Shown here: in pieces, positions 18,055 through 31,744 of the stretch
Position numbering within the stretch: position 1 is the first letter of the stretch
Layout: each line of letters opens with the position of its first letter
The notes under the pieces: model-generated
Told to the model about the DNA's origin: nothing
Database searches by the model: none
The model's input: the letters and a program-made list of their open reading frames with translations, nothing else
Translations under genes and position numbers: made by a program
DNA from: Chrysomallon squamiferum
Lineage: Eukaryota > Animalia > Mollusca
Assembly (NCBI GenBank): GCA_012295275.1
Contig: CM022670.1
Coordinates: 30,628,001 to 30,692,000 of the forward strand
Direction of reading: 5' to 3'
DNA: 64,000 nucleotides

Positions 18055-18598
18055 ATATAATGAAATAAAGCAAAATAAAATGAAATACAATAAAATAAAT
18101 AAATAAATAATAAATAAATAAATACCTTTAGCGTAGGTAATAAATATGTATATATATTTAATTCCAAATTAACAAGAATATGTAACAAAATGTAAAAATA
18201 GAAATAAACATTGGTTTTCATACATATTTCGCAATTTAATACATCATTACTGCTTTTAATATCTTAATTTTAAAATGATTATTATAATCTAGACATTATC
18301 ATCTAGATTATAATTATCATTAGTATCGTCATTTTACGGACATACACACATATGTACACATACACAGACCCATACAAACATAAATACATTTATACACACA
18401 CACGTATAATATATGTACATTCATACATATTAAAACATAATTTACCTCTTGATTTAGCAGCATGAAAAATGAAAGACCAAAGGCTACTATGAGGATCGAA
18501 AATACACATAGAACTTGAATCAAGGTTCTCAAGATTTCTAGAAACATCACAACGTAGATTCCAAAGAAATCGAATCTGAAACGACCAAAGAACGAACA

Positions 18599-18688
<90 letters not shown>

Positions 18689-21600
18689 TATTGCCCCAGA
18701 GCAATATTGCTATGTTTCGGTTGTGGTGCCTTGAGATCATGACATTAAAAACCATATAAATTTAGTATGTCAGATATTTTGAAAATTTTGTATTGAAAGA
18801 TCCTTTGAAAATTGTGTATAAAAAAGGTTTTGTGAAAATAATGTATTGAAAGATATTTTGAAAATTATGTATTGAAACGTCTTTTGAAAATGACATATCT
18901 ATGACGTGTTCCTATTAAAGACAAAATCATAGAAGTGAATACCAACCTCTGAAGAAAGACCAGCGCATTGAACCAAGCCAGGAATATGACTACGGCTCCT
19001 GCTTCCCACTGCCAGTGAAAAGACATTCCAACGAGAAACGGTGTTGTAAACAAGATAGTCAGAGAGTATAGGGACCACTCTAGTAAGTTTTGGATATCCC
19101 AGAAGTATTTTATTTTCTGAAGAAAAAATTAATAAACATATTTAATGTTTTAGAAAGTCAATTAAAAGTTTCCGAAATAAACGTAAAAACAATATTTTTT
19201 ATCAAGAAAATGAAATATAAATGAGCAAATTGTTGCTGTTTATAGTTATTCATCATACTTGATAATGTAATAAAAGCTACTATTTAGGCATTATAAGAAA
19301 AATAATAATTTATTTTTAAAGTTTATTTTAGAAGTAAACAAACTGTCTTTTTGTTCAAATCACCGAAGCACCTTAAATTTTGTGTCTATTTGAAAAGATA
19401 AATGATTCAAGTTACGATTAATAATAATTTTAAAACTGTCAGTTATTTGAAAGGTATATCATAAAATTCTCTTTCGAATGTATATTTAAAGCTATGACTT
19501 TCGAATGTATATTTAAAGCTATGACTTTCGAAAACATTCATTACAGAGTTTTTATTGGGCTTTCTAATCTTTACCTGTGTAAATATTTGAAAAATCTCCT
19601 TAAAAATGTTCAGAACACTATACACGGTAATCACCCATAGGCAAATCGAATTCAAGGTAGGAAACTGAAAATATAAATTCAGTAGTAAACATTAATTTAC
19701 TGAAAGCTTATAATAATAATAATAATAATAACAACAACAACAACATCCCCAGAAATGTATTATGCTAGATCGTGTCTTTGTCTTTATGTATGTATGTATA
19801 GATGTCTGTATGTATTTACGTACGTATACATGTATGTATGTATGTACGTATTGACTGTGTATAAGTGTGTATGTCTGTGTGTATGTGTTTCTACATTTTT
19901 GAAAGATAACTTTTATATTCACTTTGTATCCACCATAGCGGTTTCCACCCAGCAATTCTTCTGTAGCGTTGTCGACTAACCCCTCGTCGTAGTGCTGAAG
20001 GGAGTCATGATTGACAATGAATGCAGTCAGTAGTCCAAGATACGTCATATAGATTAATAAGTAGAGCGTACAGAACCATTTGCCATAGTCATTCCTAAAA
20101 AACAAAGAAAACAGGAAAAAAATGTACTTTTTGATACACTTCAATATTAGACAAAACTATATACATGTGATATTATATATGTGTGTGTGTGTGCGTATGT
20201 GTGCATATGTGAGGGAGAGGTATCTAGACATCACTGTGTAAATATGTAGATATGTAGGTAGGTAAGTTCTTAAGCAGTTAGGGAGTTAGGTAAGCAATCC
20301 CGTTAGTTAGATAACTGCATGTATGACGTGAAGTTCTGTAGTTAAGTGGTATACATATTGCAGATATGGATATTAATTAGGTATGCATGTATCACCTATT
20401 TAAATATAGTTCAAGTTTTGCGCTGTAAGCTAACATCAACTGTTTGTATACTTACCATTTTGTGGTGAGGAAGTTCACACATACAGGGTGGGACAGGCAT
20501 TCAACTCGACCATTCTTTACCATTTCCTACAGAAAAAGAATGCTATTATTATTAGTAGTAGTAGTAGTAATAGTAGTAGTAGCAGCAGCAGTAGTAGTAG
20601 TGGTGGTAGTAGTAGTAGCAGTAGAAGTGATACCAGTAGTCGTCGAAGTTGTAATAGTTTTTATTATTATTAATACTTACTATTATCGTTGTCGAAGTAG
20701 TAATAACTTTTATTATTATTAATACTATTATCATCATCATCATAAGTAATATTTTAATATTATATGAATACAACAATAAACGTAAATTGAAATTCATATT
20801 CTATTTCTTTCTTTCGTTCCTTTCTTTCCCTGTCTCACTCATACACTCAAACACATACACACAAATACGCTCACTTAAACGCATTCACTCAAATATTTAT
20901 CCACACTCATATTCAAAACTTATATTCAATCATAAAACTGTTACTAAGAAAAGTATTTTGAAAACGTATGTTTTATGAAGATACAGTTACGTTTAGAGGC
21001 AGCATTGGTGTGTATGGTTCCTTTTTGTGTTTCTGGTCAAGAACATAATCAAGAGGACACTGCAGATACTTATAATTGTATTCCACCTGCAAGAAAATTT
21101 CATAAAACAATAAATTAGTGATTAGTGACGAAGAATGTCTATGCTGGTGTTACAATAATAACTACAGTGTTGTCGACTGTCAGTATGTCTGGTTTTATGT
21201 ATAAATGTATATGTGTGTCTGCTGTAGTGTAGAACTAAATGAATACTAATAATTTGTAATGCCGAGTTATAACTTTCAAATTTGTACGAACTGAATACCA
21301 TATTTGTATAATAATATTAAGTGTGAGGAAATAAAGCTAGTAAAATGTAATCTTACATAATATTCTTTGCTCTTTTTGTCGTGTTCAGATTCGCACTGAC
21401 ACCGATTAAGAACAGCCTAAAATATTAATACAAACATTTGTATCCTGATATAAATTATTTTCAAAAGAATCGCAATATTCATCAAATATTTTTAAAATTA
21501 TATTCTAGATATGTTGTTTTTTTATACCAATTTAGGTTAACATCATCATAAGAAAAAAGATTTAAAAAATAAAAGCAGTTAAATGATAGGATGAAAGATA

Positions 21601-24600
21601 TAGCTAATAAGCCAGAATTAGTCTCGTTATCTATTCTTTATTTCTTTTGATTCATTTTTTAATCGTAGGATCCAGTAATGCATCTTACCATGCAAACGCC
21701 TGGCAACTGTCGAATAAGTCCCATCATTGGACAACCAAAAGTTTTGGAACATGTATTCATAACGTCTTCCCATCTAAAAACAATTACTGATACCATATAA
21801 TATTCACATGCATATAAATATTCATATAGTGTAATATTCATAATTGTATATATATGTATTCACAGATATGTAGTTTTGTGTTTATATTTCAAAACAGAAA
21901 ACTAAACTCGGTTTGAGGTTTTGATTTATGTCCTCTTTACTGAAGATAAGTCTTAAAGGTAAATTATTACTGACAATAAATTATCGTTGTTTTGGTATAA
22001 TTTACTAGAGTTTAATAGTCCATAGTTCATTACTCTACATTTGTGTTAAACCAGATTTTATATGGTTTCTCTATAATGATTAACAATATCTACAATTGTC
22101 TAAAATGACTAAATACATCAAACAATACCTGTCGTGAGTGACAACTGCCAGAGCAACATCTGTCTGACTGTTTTCCAGAATGTGGTCGAAAAACGTCATG
22201 CCGTCATTGTTTTTGCTAATGACTGCTTCTAAAGTTAACAGAAGTGTCACCACGGAGGACTGGCCGTTTTGGGCTGCGACGTGCAAAGCGGTATCCTATA
22301 ATGAAAATAAATAAATAAATAAATAATGATGATAAACTGACCAGTTCAGACAAAACGTTGAAGCAAATGTGTTATCGCTAGAACAAAGTATTATTTTCTT
22401 GAGCGGGAGAACTGCATATGCCATGCCATACATATTCATTTATTTATGTCAGCGATAATTATTTTTTAATTAAACTCATTCCCCATTTTTTAAACAGAAT
22501 ACATTGTAATGTAGCCATTTTATGAAATCCTGGAAAAAATCTGTACATAGTTAAGCTTTGTTAGGTGTTAGTGTTACATAAAAGATACATACGCCGTTGC
22601 CGTTCACAGCATTCAGTAAATTGGAATGGACGCTCACTAAAAGACGTATGCTCTGAGTATATCCGTTCATCGCAGCGTAATGCAGAGCGCTGTTACTCTC
22701 GTAATCTCTGAAAACAGAATGTAACTGTTAATTAAATTAATTGTTATTGGCCATACTATTCTGATAAAAAATATTACAATACTTTAGTTATATGGAGGTT
22801 TTCAGCTTTACTTTTTTGTCATGGTATAGTATTTCTGTAAGAGAAGGAAGCCTAGGTTGGCGAATTCTTGATCTGTTTATTTATGTATTAGTGGCAAAGG
22901 ATAGTTTATTTGCATGCATTTCTAAAAGAAACAAATACACGTTTCCAAAACATTTGGCAGAAACTGGAAATTGTTTAACATTTTTTTTTTACAAATATAT
23001 ATTATTTTATTAAATCTAATCTCAAAATTGTATGAAGCTTAACGCGTATTAAATATAATTATATTAACAGTTTTAGATAAATAATATATTTCTAATAACT
23101 GTCTAAAAACGTACTTGGCAAACACTGCGCCTTTCTTCATAAGCAGGCTGATGATCTTCGTGTTACCATTCATGGACGCGATGTGTAGAGCTGTTCTTCC
23201 CTTGGCGTCAGTTTCATTGATAATATTTGGACCCTGTTCACTTTCCAGCAGACGTTTACATGTGTTATACCGACCATATCTATAACATTATACATGTTAT
23301 CATAAGGTTAAAAGTTCAGATATGGAGGTGTATACACACTACATAAACATTTGAAAATCCTTGTACATAAATAAATTATATTGTTTATTAAATAAAAAAA
23401 TATTTAGTTCATAATTTCGTTCGAAGATGGCGATTTGTATTATCTGAAGGATTTGGAATCAATATTCATTTATTTAGCAAGAATGTTTTATTCGTCGTTT
23501 CGTTTGAGGATGGCGACTAGTATAAGCTGAAGGATCAACTCAAGAGCTTGGTAATAAATGAAAGTTCAATGAACATTATCAAATACATTTCTGTTTATGA
23601 TAAGAAAAGAAGAAGAGTATTCCCTCGGCATGTTACATCCTCATTTTACCACATCAGTATCAAAAGACGAATGAAAATTTCCTGAATGAATTCAGTTTAC
23701 ACCACACCCACTAACAATTAAGTGACTGTTAAATAATACTTAAATCTTCACAATTTATGAAGATCATACCAGTTATTAACACATAGATGTTTACTGAGAT
23801 AACTTTGTAAGTATGATTAATGAAACGATTGCTTTATGCTATTTTATCACTGAACTGCAAAAACCTTGCGGCAAGATGAAACGATTGGTTTTTATTGATT
23901 TATCATTCAAGTGAAACTATTTTACAGAAAAATAAAACGATTGGTTTATATGTTTTCATTATTCCTTTAAAAAATCTCTCAAGTAAAATAATCTTGTGAC
24001 AAAATGAAACAATTATTTTGTCATTCAAGTGAACATACCTCGCAGCAAAATGAAATGGACTCTGTTTGTCATTGTTCTTCGTATTGATGACTGCTCCCAT
24101 TTTGATTAGATCATCAATTGCCATCAGATGACCTTCTTTGCTGGCATAGTGAAGAGGCGTACACCCACAGTCATCTCTCTCATTCAAGTGACATTTCACA
24201 AGCTAAACAAACAAAATGTATGTGATAAACTTCTACTGTTCTTCGATAAGCAAATGCAATTAGTTTATCTGAATGCTTTAATGGTCCATTTGGTTTTTTA
24301 TCTTTATAAACTTGATGTTGTAAAGAGTTAATTTGACAGCTGTTATGAAAATTTACCAACTAGATCATGAATGAGTGAGATGTCTAAGCAGTTTTATGTG
24401 AATCGTAGACGCATCTTTAATATAGCACAATATAGTATGAGTATTTAACAAGTGATACTATTACGAAAAAGGGAGAAATCAATGAAGCTGAAACAATTAC
24501 AATTAAAAAAGAAATGACAAATTTCTGGACAGTGATTTTTCAAACATAAGTTGCCAAACTATTTACAATTTTGCCTCTAAATGAACATACAGACCTGTAC

Positions 24601-27600
24601 AAATTCAGAAAATTCGCTCAGTTTTCCACCAAATGTGATTGCCACATGAAGAAAATTTCTGTTTCGCTGATCTTTTGCGCATATGTCGGCTTTGTTTTCT
24701 AACAAACATTTTACTGTGACCCATCCACCTTTTGAAGCCGCTAGCAACAGTGGGGTACGTTCCTGATTATCCTTAGCGTTCACGTCTGCACCCTTAAACA
24801 AAATAAGTTAAGTCTTTATGCATTTAAAAATTCAACATATATAAAATACAATTGTTAAATAGTGCTCAAGGATACTAATTAAAAATGTTATGAATCATTA
24901 TAAAATATTATATTAATTATTTTTTAAATCCCGAAGACAAGAGATCATGTAGCATTTTCATTATTTCTTTAATAATTGTCAGTTATCTTTCTAATATAGC
25001 ATTTATAGGTGAGTACGAATTTTCATATAAGTATTTGCATTTCAAGTCAGTCATGATAAAAACTGTCATCTTTAAATGAACATTTCTTAATTTCATACAA
25101 GATACATCGAGAATGAATGACCTATAAGCGATCCCGTCTTAATGAATTATTATACTATTATGATAAAACCAGATTTAAACCAATATCAAAGTCTGTTAAT
25201 GCACCTGTTTTTGTTCATTATTATCTACGAATATCAGTACTGGACCAACCTCTGGCATGAATATACCGGTCCGTTCCACAGTTCGGCTTACCTTCTCTAT
25301 TAGGTATTTCACTACGGCTACGTGGTTAAACAGAGCAGCCCGGTGTAATGGAGTCATCTCACACGAGTCTGTGGTGTGCATGGCTTTCAGAAAGTTATCA
25401 GGTTGTGTCTCATACATCATCTGAAGCATTTCGAGATTTCCTTGAAGACATGCGAAATGTACTGGTGTCGATTTGTCATCCTGAAAAATCAGGAGAAGAT
25501 ATGAATACATATAAATATTACACTTACACCCAATAACGCAGAGATAGAGAAACTTACACACATATACATAGCGAGAGGAAGAAATAGAAACATATGCACA
25601 AGTAACAGTACGAGGTTTAAAGAAGGCTCTATGAGAAGTATTGTTCATACCATTTTGCTACCACCACCCGATATACTATTTCTGGATGTCGCTTTGAATC
25701 AGAAATTTAATTAAAGTAATGTTTTGTCAGTCTTGTGAATTGGAAATCCTATTCATTTTTCAGTTTATTTTTTTTTAAATGTTAGGCTTCATTTTTTAAT
25801 AGTCGATCTGAAATACTTAAAAGAAAATACCAAACAGGTATGTTTACCTGTTGAGCATTGACAGGAGCTCCCGCCTTTAAGCAAACCTCGACAGCCTTTA
25901 TGTTTCCACCATTCACTGCTGAATGGAGAGGCATGTTGTTCTCCATGTCTTTCCATGCCAGCACATCAGTTCTCGAATAACCTAGAGTTTCCGCTGCATG
26001 TAAAATTAAACATACAAATATGAATGCACAAAATGTTTTAGTTAACTTACATATACACTGATAAAGAAGTAATATTTAAAGAAAAAGACAGAGTGTTGCA
26101 AGTTATACAATCAAACCTAACACTGTCAGTGGATGTCTCGCATCCAAGAACTATCAACCTGATTTAAAACAACTTAATATACCTTCTTCTCCTTTAATTA
26201 TGCATCTCACTAGTGTTAGGAATCTCTTCGATTGCTCCACTGAACGCCCAAGATAGTTGAAATAAATATGTTTTGACTTAGTGATTCACTGAAGTTAAAT
26301 AACCTAATAAATGTCTAGAAGTGAAAGTGAAATGCACAAATACGTTTACTTTTATTTTATATTTATAACTATATCCATATCTGCATTGTCGGTCTTCTGT
26401 CTGTCTGCATATGTAAATATGTATCTATTTGTGTCTATATATCTACCTGTTTAACCATCTGTCTGTCTGTCTATTTATCTATCTACCTATCTATTTAAGT
26501 AATCTTTATCGCATCGGTTGACCTTCCGCTAGCTTTAATATCACAAAATGCACGATGTCATCCGAGGTATCACACAAATGTGGCACAACACCTTTCAAAC
26601 AATCAGAGGCTGAGAAATACCAGAGATTCAGGTTCAATATACGTACACTTCCCCGGTATGAGTACGAATGCACAAACATATATACACAGAGATTATCATT
26701 ACTACTCTTATTGTTGGTGTTATTGCTGCTGCTGATGTTGTTCTTGTTTGCTGCGGCAATTCACTAAAACTTTATTAATAATTTTTGTGACAATTCTAAT
26801 ATCAACGCTTACTATGTATTCTTCTTTTAAACTGTCACGAGCATGGATGTTTAACAGATGGCTAACCTATAAATTTGATTTATGCTGTTATTTTCCGATT
26901 ATTGCAGTATTAATATTTTAACAGTGTAGTGAATATAAAACTGATTGACAACATACAGTACTTGATCAAGACTTCTAGAGTTTTCGCAGCTGCTGCCTTG
27001 GCTGCGGCATGAACGGCATAGAATCCAAACTCACACTTCATACACGGCTTGGCGCCATATTCCAACTGTAAAACAATATAATATAATCGTTATAATCGCT
27101 TCTTCAGTGGTGTGTGACGTTTGTTATCTACAAGTCAATACATATGCTTCGTTGATGAAGAGTAAAATGATTTTTTGTGATAAATAAAACGATTACAGTA
27201 CTGTGGTTATGCAAACTGTGAAAAGTTATTATATTTGTATTATTAAAAGTTATTTGATTATTAAGCACTGCCTTTCCGCACACACAACATATATATATAT
27301 ATACATATAAAAACAAACAAGCATACACATACAAACACACACCGAGGAAGATCGATACTGAAACAAGTTTCTTAAATAATTGTATTAGTAACAATCACGT
27401 TTCTCGAGGTATATATATATATATATACAACAAACTTTTAACACGTTATTTTGAATTATATATATATATATATATAATTCAAAATAACGTGTTAAACGTT
27501 TGTTGTAGAAATTTTAAAAGATCTACTTACCAGAATCTCGGCACATTTATCGTTATCGCACATGGCGCAGTAGTGGAGTGGTGTGGCACCACTATCACCC

Positions 27601-27669
27601 CCCAAGTTGACGTCTACCTCGGCATGCTTAACAAGAGCCTACAGAAAATAATACATTAATAAAATAATA

Positions 27670-27715
<46 letters not shown>

Positions 27716-29469
27716 TGATGATGATAATAATGATGGTGGCAATAAAATTAATTGTAATAATAATTAAAACAAAAAGAAGAAGAAGAGGAAGACGAACAAG
27801 AAGAATGATAATTAATGATTATGAAGATCATTATGGTAACAAGATGGTAATTTTTATTAAAGAAATCTGATTTTATTTAAAAGTGGTTTGATTTTGGAAT
27901 ATGTCCAAATATACATATCCATATATATATATATATATATACAATATACATATATCAATTTATAATTGTTTCGATATTTTTTTAAAAGAGAAATTCAATT
28001 AAATTAATCTGATATCTCTTTACTTATGTTCATTTTATATACCTTCATAACAGTGATGTTGCCGACCAAAACTGCTAAATGTATCGGTGCTTGTTTTTCA
28101 TTATTGTGGATGTCGGTTGCTGCTCCCTTATCGACGAGGAAGTGGATGACGTCGGTTTGAGAATTTTCTACAGCAAGATGAAGAGCCGTGTTGCCTTGTT
28201 TGTTTTGAAAATTTAAATCTGAATAAAAACAGAATGGTCACAATAGAAGAGTATAAAAGACACGAGTATATAATTAAGCGAATACGTATATATTTTAAAC
28301 ATCATTTATGAAATATGTGTCTATATATATATTTTTTTTTTTATATTGTATTTGTCTGGATATGTTCCAGAAAATCAATGTAAGAACAACTGGTTAAGTT
28401 CTGCTATCACCACAGTAACTTTTTCTTTCTTTCTCGCTCACATTTTTTTATATGTATATGTCTATTTGTATGAGAGAAAGAAAAAGAGAGATAGAAATGC
28501 AGGCAGAGACAGAGAATGAATCTGAAGACTGAGATAGAAGGATTCAGAGACAGAGAGAGAAAAATATATACCAAATACGACAGTGAGACCAGTGTTAATT
28601 TTTATTTATTTGTTTTGTTTAGAATTACACTTATTTTATCTTGAAAGTAATGTGTTCTACTCTTGTGAGTAAATCCCATTTTAGTTCAATTAACAAAAAA
28701 AAAGGTAAATTTGTTTACAAAAAAAAAGAACAAAAAAAGAAAAGAAATTCATGCTTACCACCTCCGTGCCCTGCAATAAACTCCAGAATGCCCAATCGTC
28801 CTTTAATAGCCGCTACATGAATAGGACTTCGACCTTTGTTGTCCTGAATACATAGTCTGGAATGGTCAGCATTGTAAAGTTTTTCAAACTCTTTGACATT
28901 CCCAGTACCAGCAACCTGGATAGAGAAGAAATAAAATAAGATAATTTCAAATTAACAGACTGTTAGTGCAGTTCAACAAGTACTCAGTGAACTCAGCCAG
29001 TCATGTATGTCAGGATGTTTTCACATATCAAGATCCAGTATTGTATAGGGCCTCTAGGTAGTGAAACTTTTGTGGTTTTTGGCGTTGATATATAAATAGA
29101 GCAATTGAAAAAAAAAAAAAAAAAAAAAAAGGAAAGAATGAGAGAAAAGATAAGAAAAAATACAAAGGAAAAGGAATACTGAATTGCATTGTCCTTTTGC
29201 TAATAAGCAAAATATTATACTAAATTTTAATTAAAGTTTAATTGGTAATAATATTTATGTTTATTTTGTAGTTCCCGATGTACTGAAATATTTTTTAAAA
29301 GAGCATAATATTGCATAAAAGAGCACAAAAGAAAATACATCAAATAATAACAACATCTAAAATACTTTAAAAGGAAAAAAGATTATTTGTTTTCTAACTG
29401 TGACAAACAAATATTTATGAATTCATCTGTTTGTCCTTTCTTTAAAAAAATAATTTAATAATAATGATG

Positions 29470-29542
<73 letters not shown>

Positions 29543-29700
29543 GCCTGATAATTCACCATAATAATTACCTCAATAAATATTTCTATTTCCTCATTCGTCA
29601 TCGGTATTTTTCGATTCTTGTTCCGAAAATCACGCAAACCCCCTTTCTGAAAACCTGTCATTTTTCCAAATTTTGATTTATCTTTCATCACCAATGTCAT
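15647..29700 (-). CDS. TRPA1: TRPA1-like ankyrin-repeat TRP cation channel, paralogue A (25 coding exons, 1133 aa)
   Basis: GT-AG exons in transcript order: 29700-29569, 28915-28759, 28218-28043, 27638-27531, 27065-26957, 25993-25848, 25480-25292, 24792-24595, 24202-24039, 23279-23115, 22707-22593, 22295-22129, 21773-21689, 21416-21357, 21086-20991, 20526-20456, 20094-19923, 19664-19575, 19116-18947, 18575-18446, 18000-17806, 17406-17338, 16842-16732, 16348-16245, 15869-15647; total 3402 nt, open throughout. Long ankyrin array (TPLH/TALH), EYNYKYLQCP, LSHPVC..KW, QRFDFFGIYVVMFLEIL, MPILLMNLLIGLAVGDI..VQ..A.LKRLAMQVELHT are TRPA1 signatures. The start ATG sits at the same position as in paralogue B. 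Confidence 0.95.
17222..17279. repeat. (AAT)n microsatellite
   Basis: Pure AAT run in a TRPA1-A intron. Confidence 0.9.
19471..19532. repeat. 27-bp direct tandem duplication
   Basis: CTTTCGAATGTATATTTAAAGCTATGA twice plus a partial third copy, intronic. Confidence 0.85.
27426..27507. repeat. 82-bp near-perfect palindrome with (TA)n centre
   Basis: TACAACAAACTTTTAACACGTTATTTTGAATTA-(TA)n-TAATTCAAAATAACGTGTTAAACGTTTGTTGTA; one mismatched pair. Confidence 0.92.
29470..29542. repeat. (AAT)n microsatellite
   Basis: Pure AAT run just inside the first coding intron of TRPA1-A. Confidence 0.9.
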
Positions 29701-31699
29701 GAAATTTTTCTGAGCCTGAATGCTAAAACGGCGCAGTTCTACTCTTGAAATAAAAATATATATATATATTATTTAGGTATAAGTTACGAGAAAACTGACC
29801 AGTGATAAGGTTTCCAAGGCAGCCGAACGTTTTTACTAAAATGTTTAATAAACTGACACCTTGATTTACGCAGTGTTTGCCAAGCCCTTAGCTTAGTTCT
29901 GGTTGTATAGGTGGGTTAAATGTGTCTATGGGCGTTTTGTTTGATATTGGTTTAAATAATTATTGTTATTGGAAATCAATGGGGTATCACTATTCATTAT
30001 GTCTGAAGTCAGTTGAAACAGTTTGTAAATGATCCTGTTCTTTTTTTATTATTATGTCAATTTAATATGGTTAAATGAGTTCGCCCATTTAAATGAAATC
30101 CATAATACTGGACGTAATTACAATTTAATGAAAGAAATTGTAGTTGTAGTAATTATTGTTGTTGTTATGGTGTTAGTTCTAATAAAAGTTGTATTAGCTG
30201 TAATAATATTAGTAGTAATTGTAGCAGTAAAAGTACTATTAGGAGCAGTATTAGAAGTAGTAGTTGTAGTAATAGTACAAACACATAATTAAAGTTAAAT
30301 TAGTTATATTTGTCAGTGACATTCTTTTACTGAAATGCCTATATTCTATATTATAGCCTGGGATAATGCATATTAAGATCCATAAAGTACATGCCAGTTG
30401 AGATTTTGTAACAAATTCCAGATTAGGTGTATTGTTAGATCATCTCTTGTGTAACATATTTCAATGTATCTGGGATCACTGTTGTGGATAAGATTATTAC
30501 AAAACAAAAGAAGAAATTTTAAATAATGCATAGTGAAAAACATGCATTCTGCATGCTATCTCGCAACAGTATCAGAAATCTGAACCTATATTAAATTGTA
30601 ATTCAGAGCCTGTTCAGCACGAGCTGTTGTTGCAAAATTAAAGAATAAGTTAGGATTGAAAAAGTTTAGAACATTTACTTTATAATTTAATCCACGGCAA
30701 TGACGTTACGATGAAACTGCAGAAAATCAGATTTTCAGTTCTATTAGATTTTTTTGTAAGAAAGAATAATATATCTATTTAATATTTACACTAAGCGTTT
30801 GTTATAACAACATCATTTTCTATTTTAAAAAAAGCTTGGAAATTATTTATAATATATATATATGTGTATGTGTTTCTGTGCTTATTTGTGTACATGTATA
30901 CGTACGTATGTGCATAATATAATAATACATACGTAAGATGTATAAATAGCTGTATGTATGTATACATTTTCACACACAAACAGATTATACACACACACAC
31001 AAATGCATTATATATATATATTCTGCGCAGAATAAAAAAACAAACACTCTATTATTAATTATTCCATAAATATGAATAAAAACATTATTCTTTTTACTTT
31101 TTTAGAGCTACCTCTGACGCTTTCAGCAAATGATGTTGGCCTTCGCTTTATTTTTATTGTTATTGTTATCTGCTTTTAATTTCGTCGGCATTTCAAACGT
31201 TGATCAAATTATTTTTATTCTGTTTCCCTGGGGTAACATTTTCACCATTGAACATTCTGTCAAAATTAAGTTATCTTTGTTTTTGTAGATGATAGTTTTA
31301 TCCTTTGAATGACTATTAAAAGTGATTTCATTCAAAGAAACACACTAACTGGTTGATGTGCATAATACATTTACTTTCATCTTTTTATTGTCGTAATTAA
31401 AATATAGTCTAGTGGGATGTGAACAAATTTTCGCAGTCTTAATAATCATCTTTATTGTTCCCCTGATTGTTCAAGCTTATATTTTATGCAACTGCGATGA
31501 AGTTATTTTAAACAGACTGTATTCCGTATCTTTTTTTTTATAGAAATGGGATTGGTAAGCGGGTAGAATCTATAAGGAATTTTACAAACAAGCTTTCATT
31601 AAAAACACAACAACAACAACAGCAACAAAACCCTCAAAAAAAAAAAAAAAAAAAAAAAAATGTAATAAAATAAAATAAAAAATAAACAAAAACAAAAAG

Positions 31700-31744
<45 letters not shown>

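Noticed and set aside
18775-18895. Short repeats (TGAAAAT..TGTATTGAAA) with variable spacing, superficially CRISPR-like
   Set aside because: Degenerate AT-rich minisatellite in a eukaryotic intron; no unique spacers or cas genes.
31110-31260. Possible extra upstream exon of TRPA1-A (AG|GTAGCT donor near 31111)
   Set aside because: All ATG-initiated frames stop before the donor; at most untranslated and unsupported.
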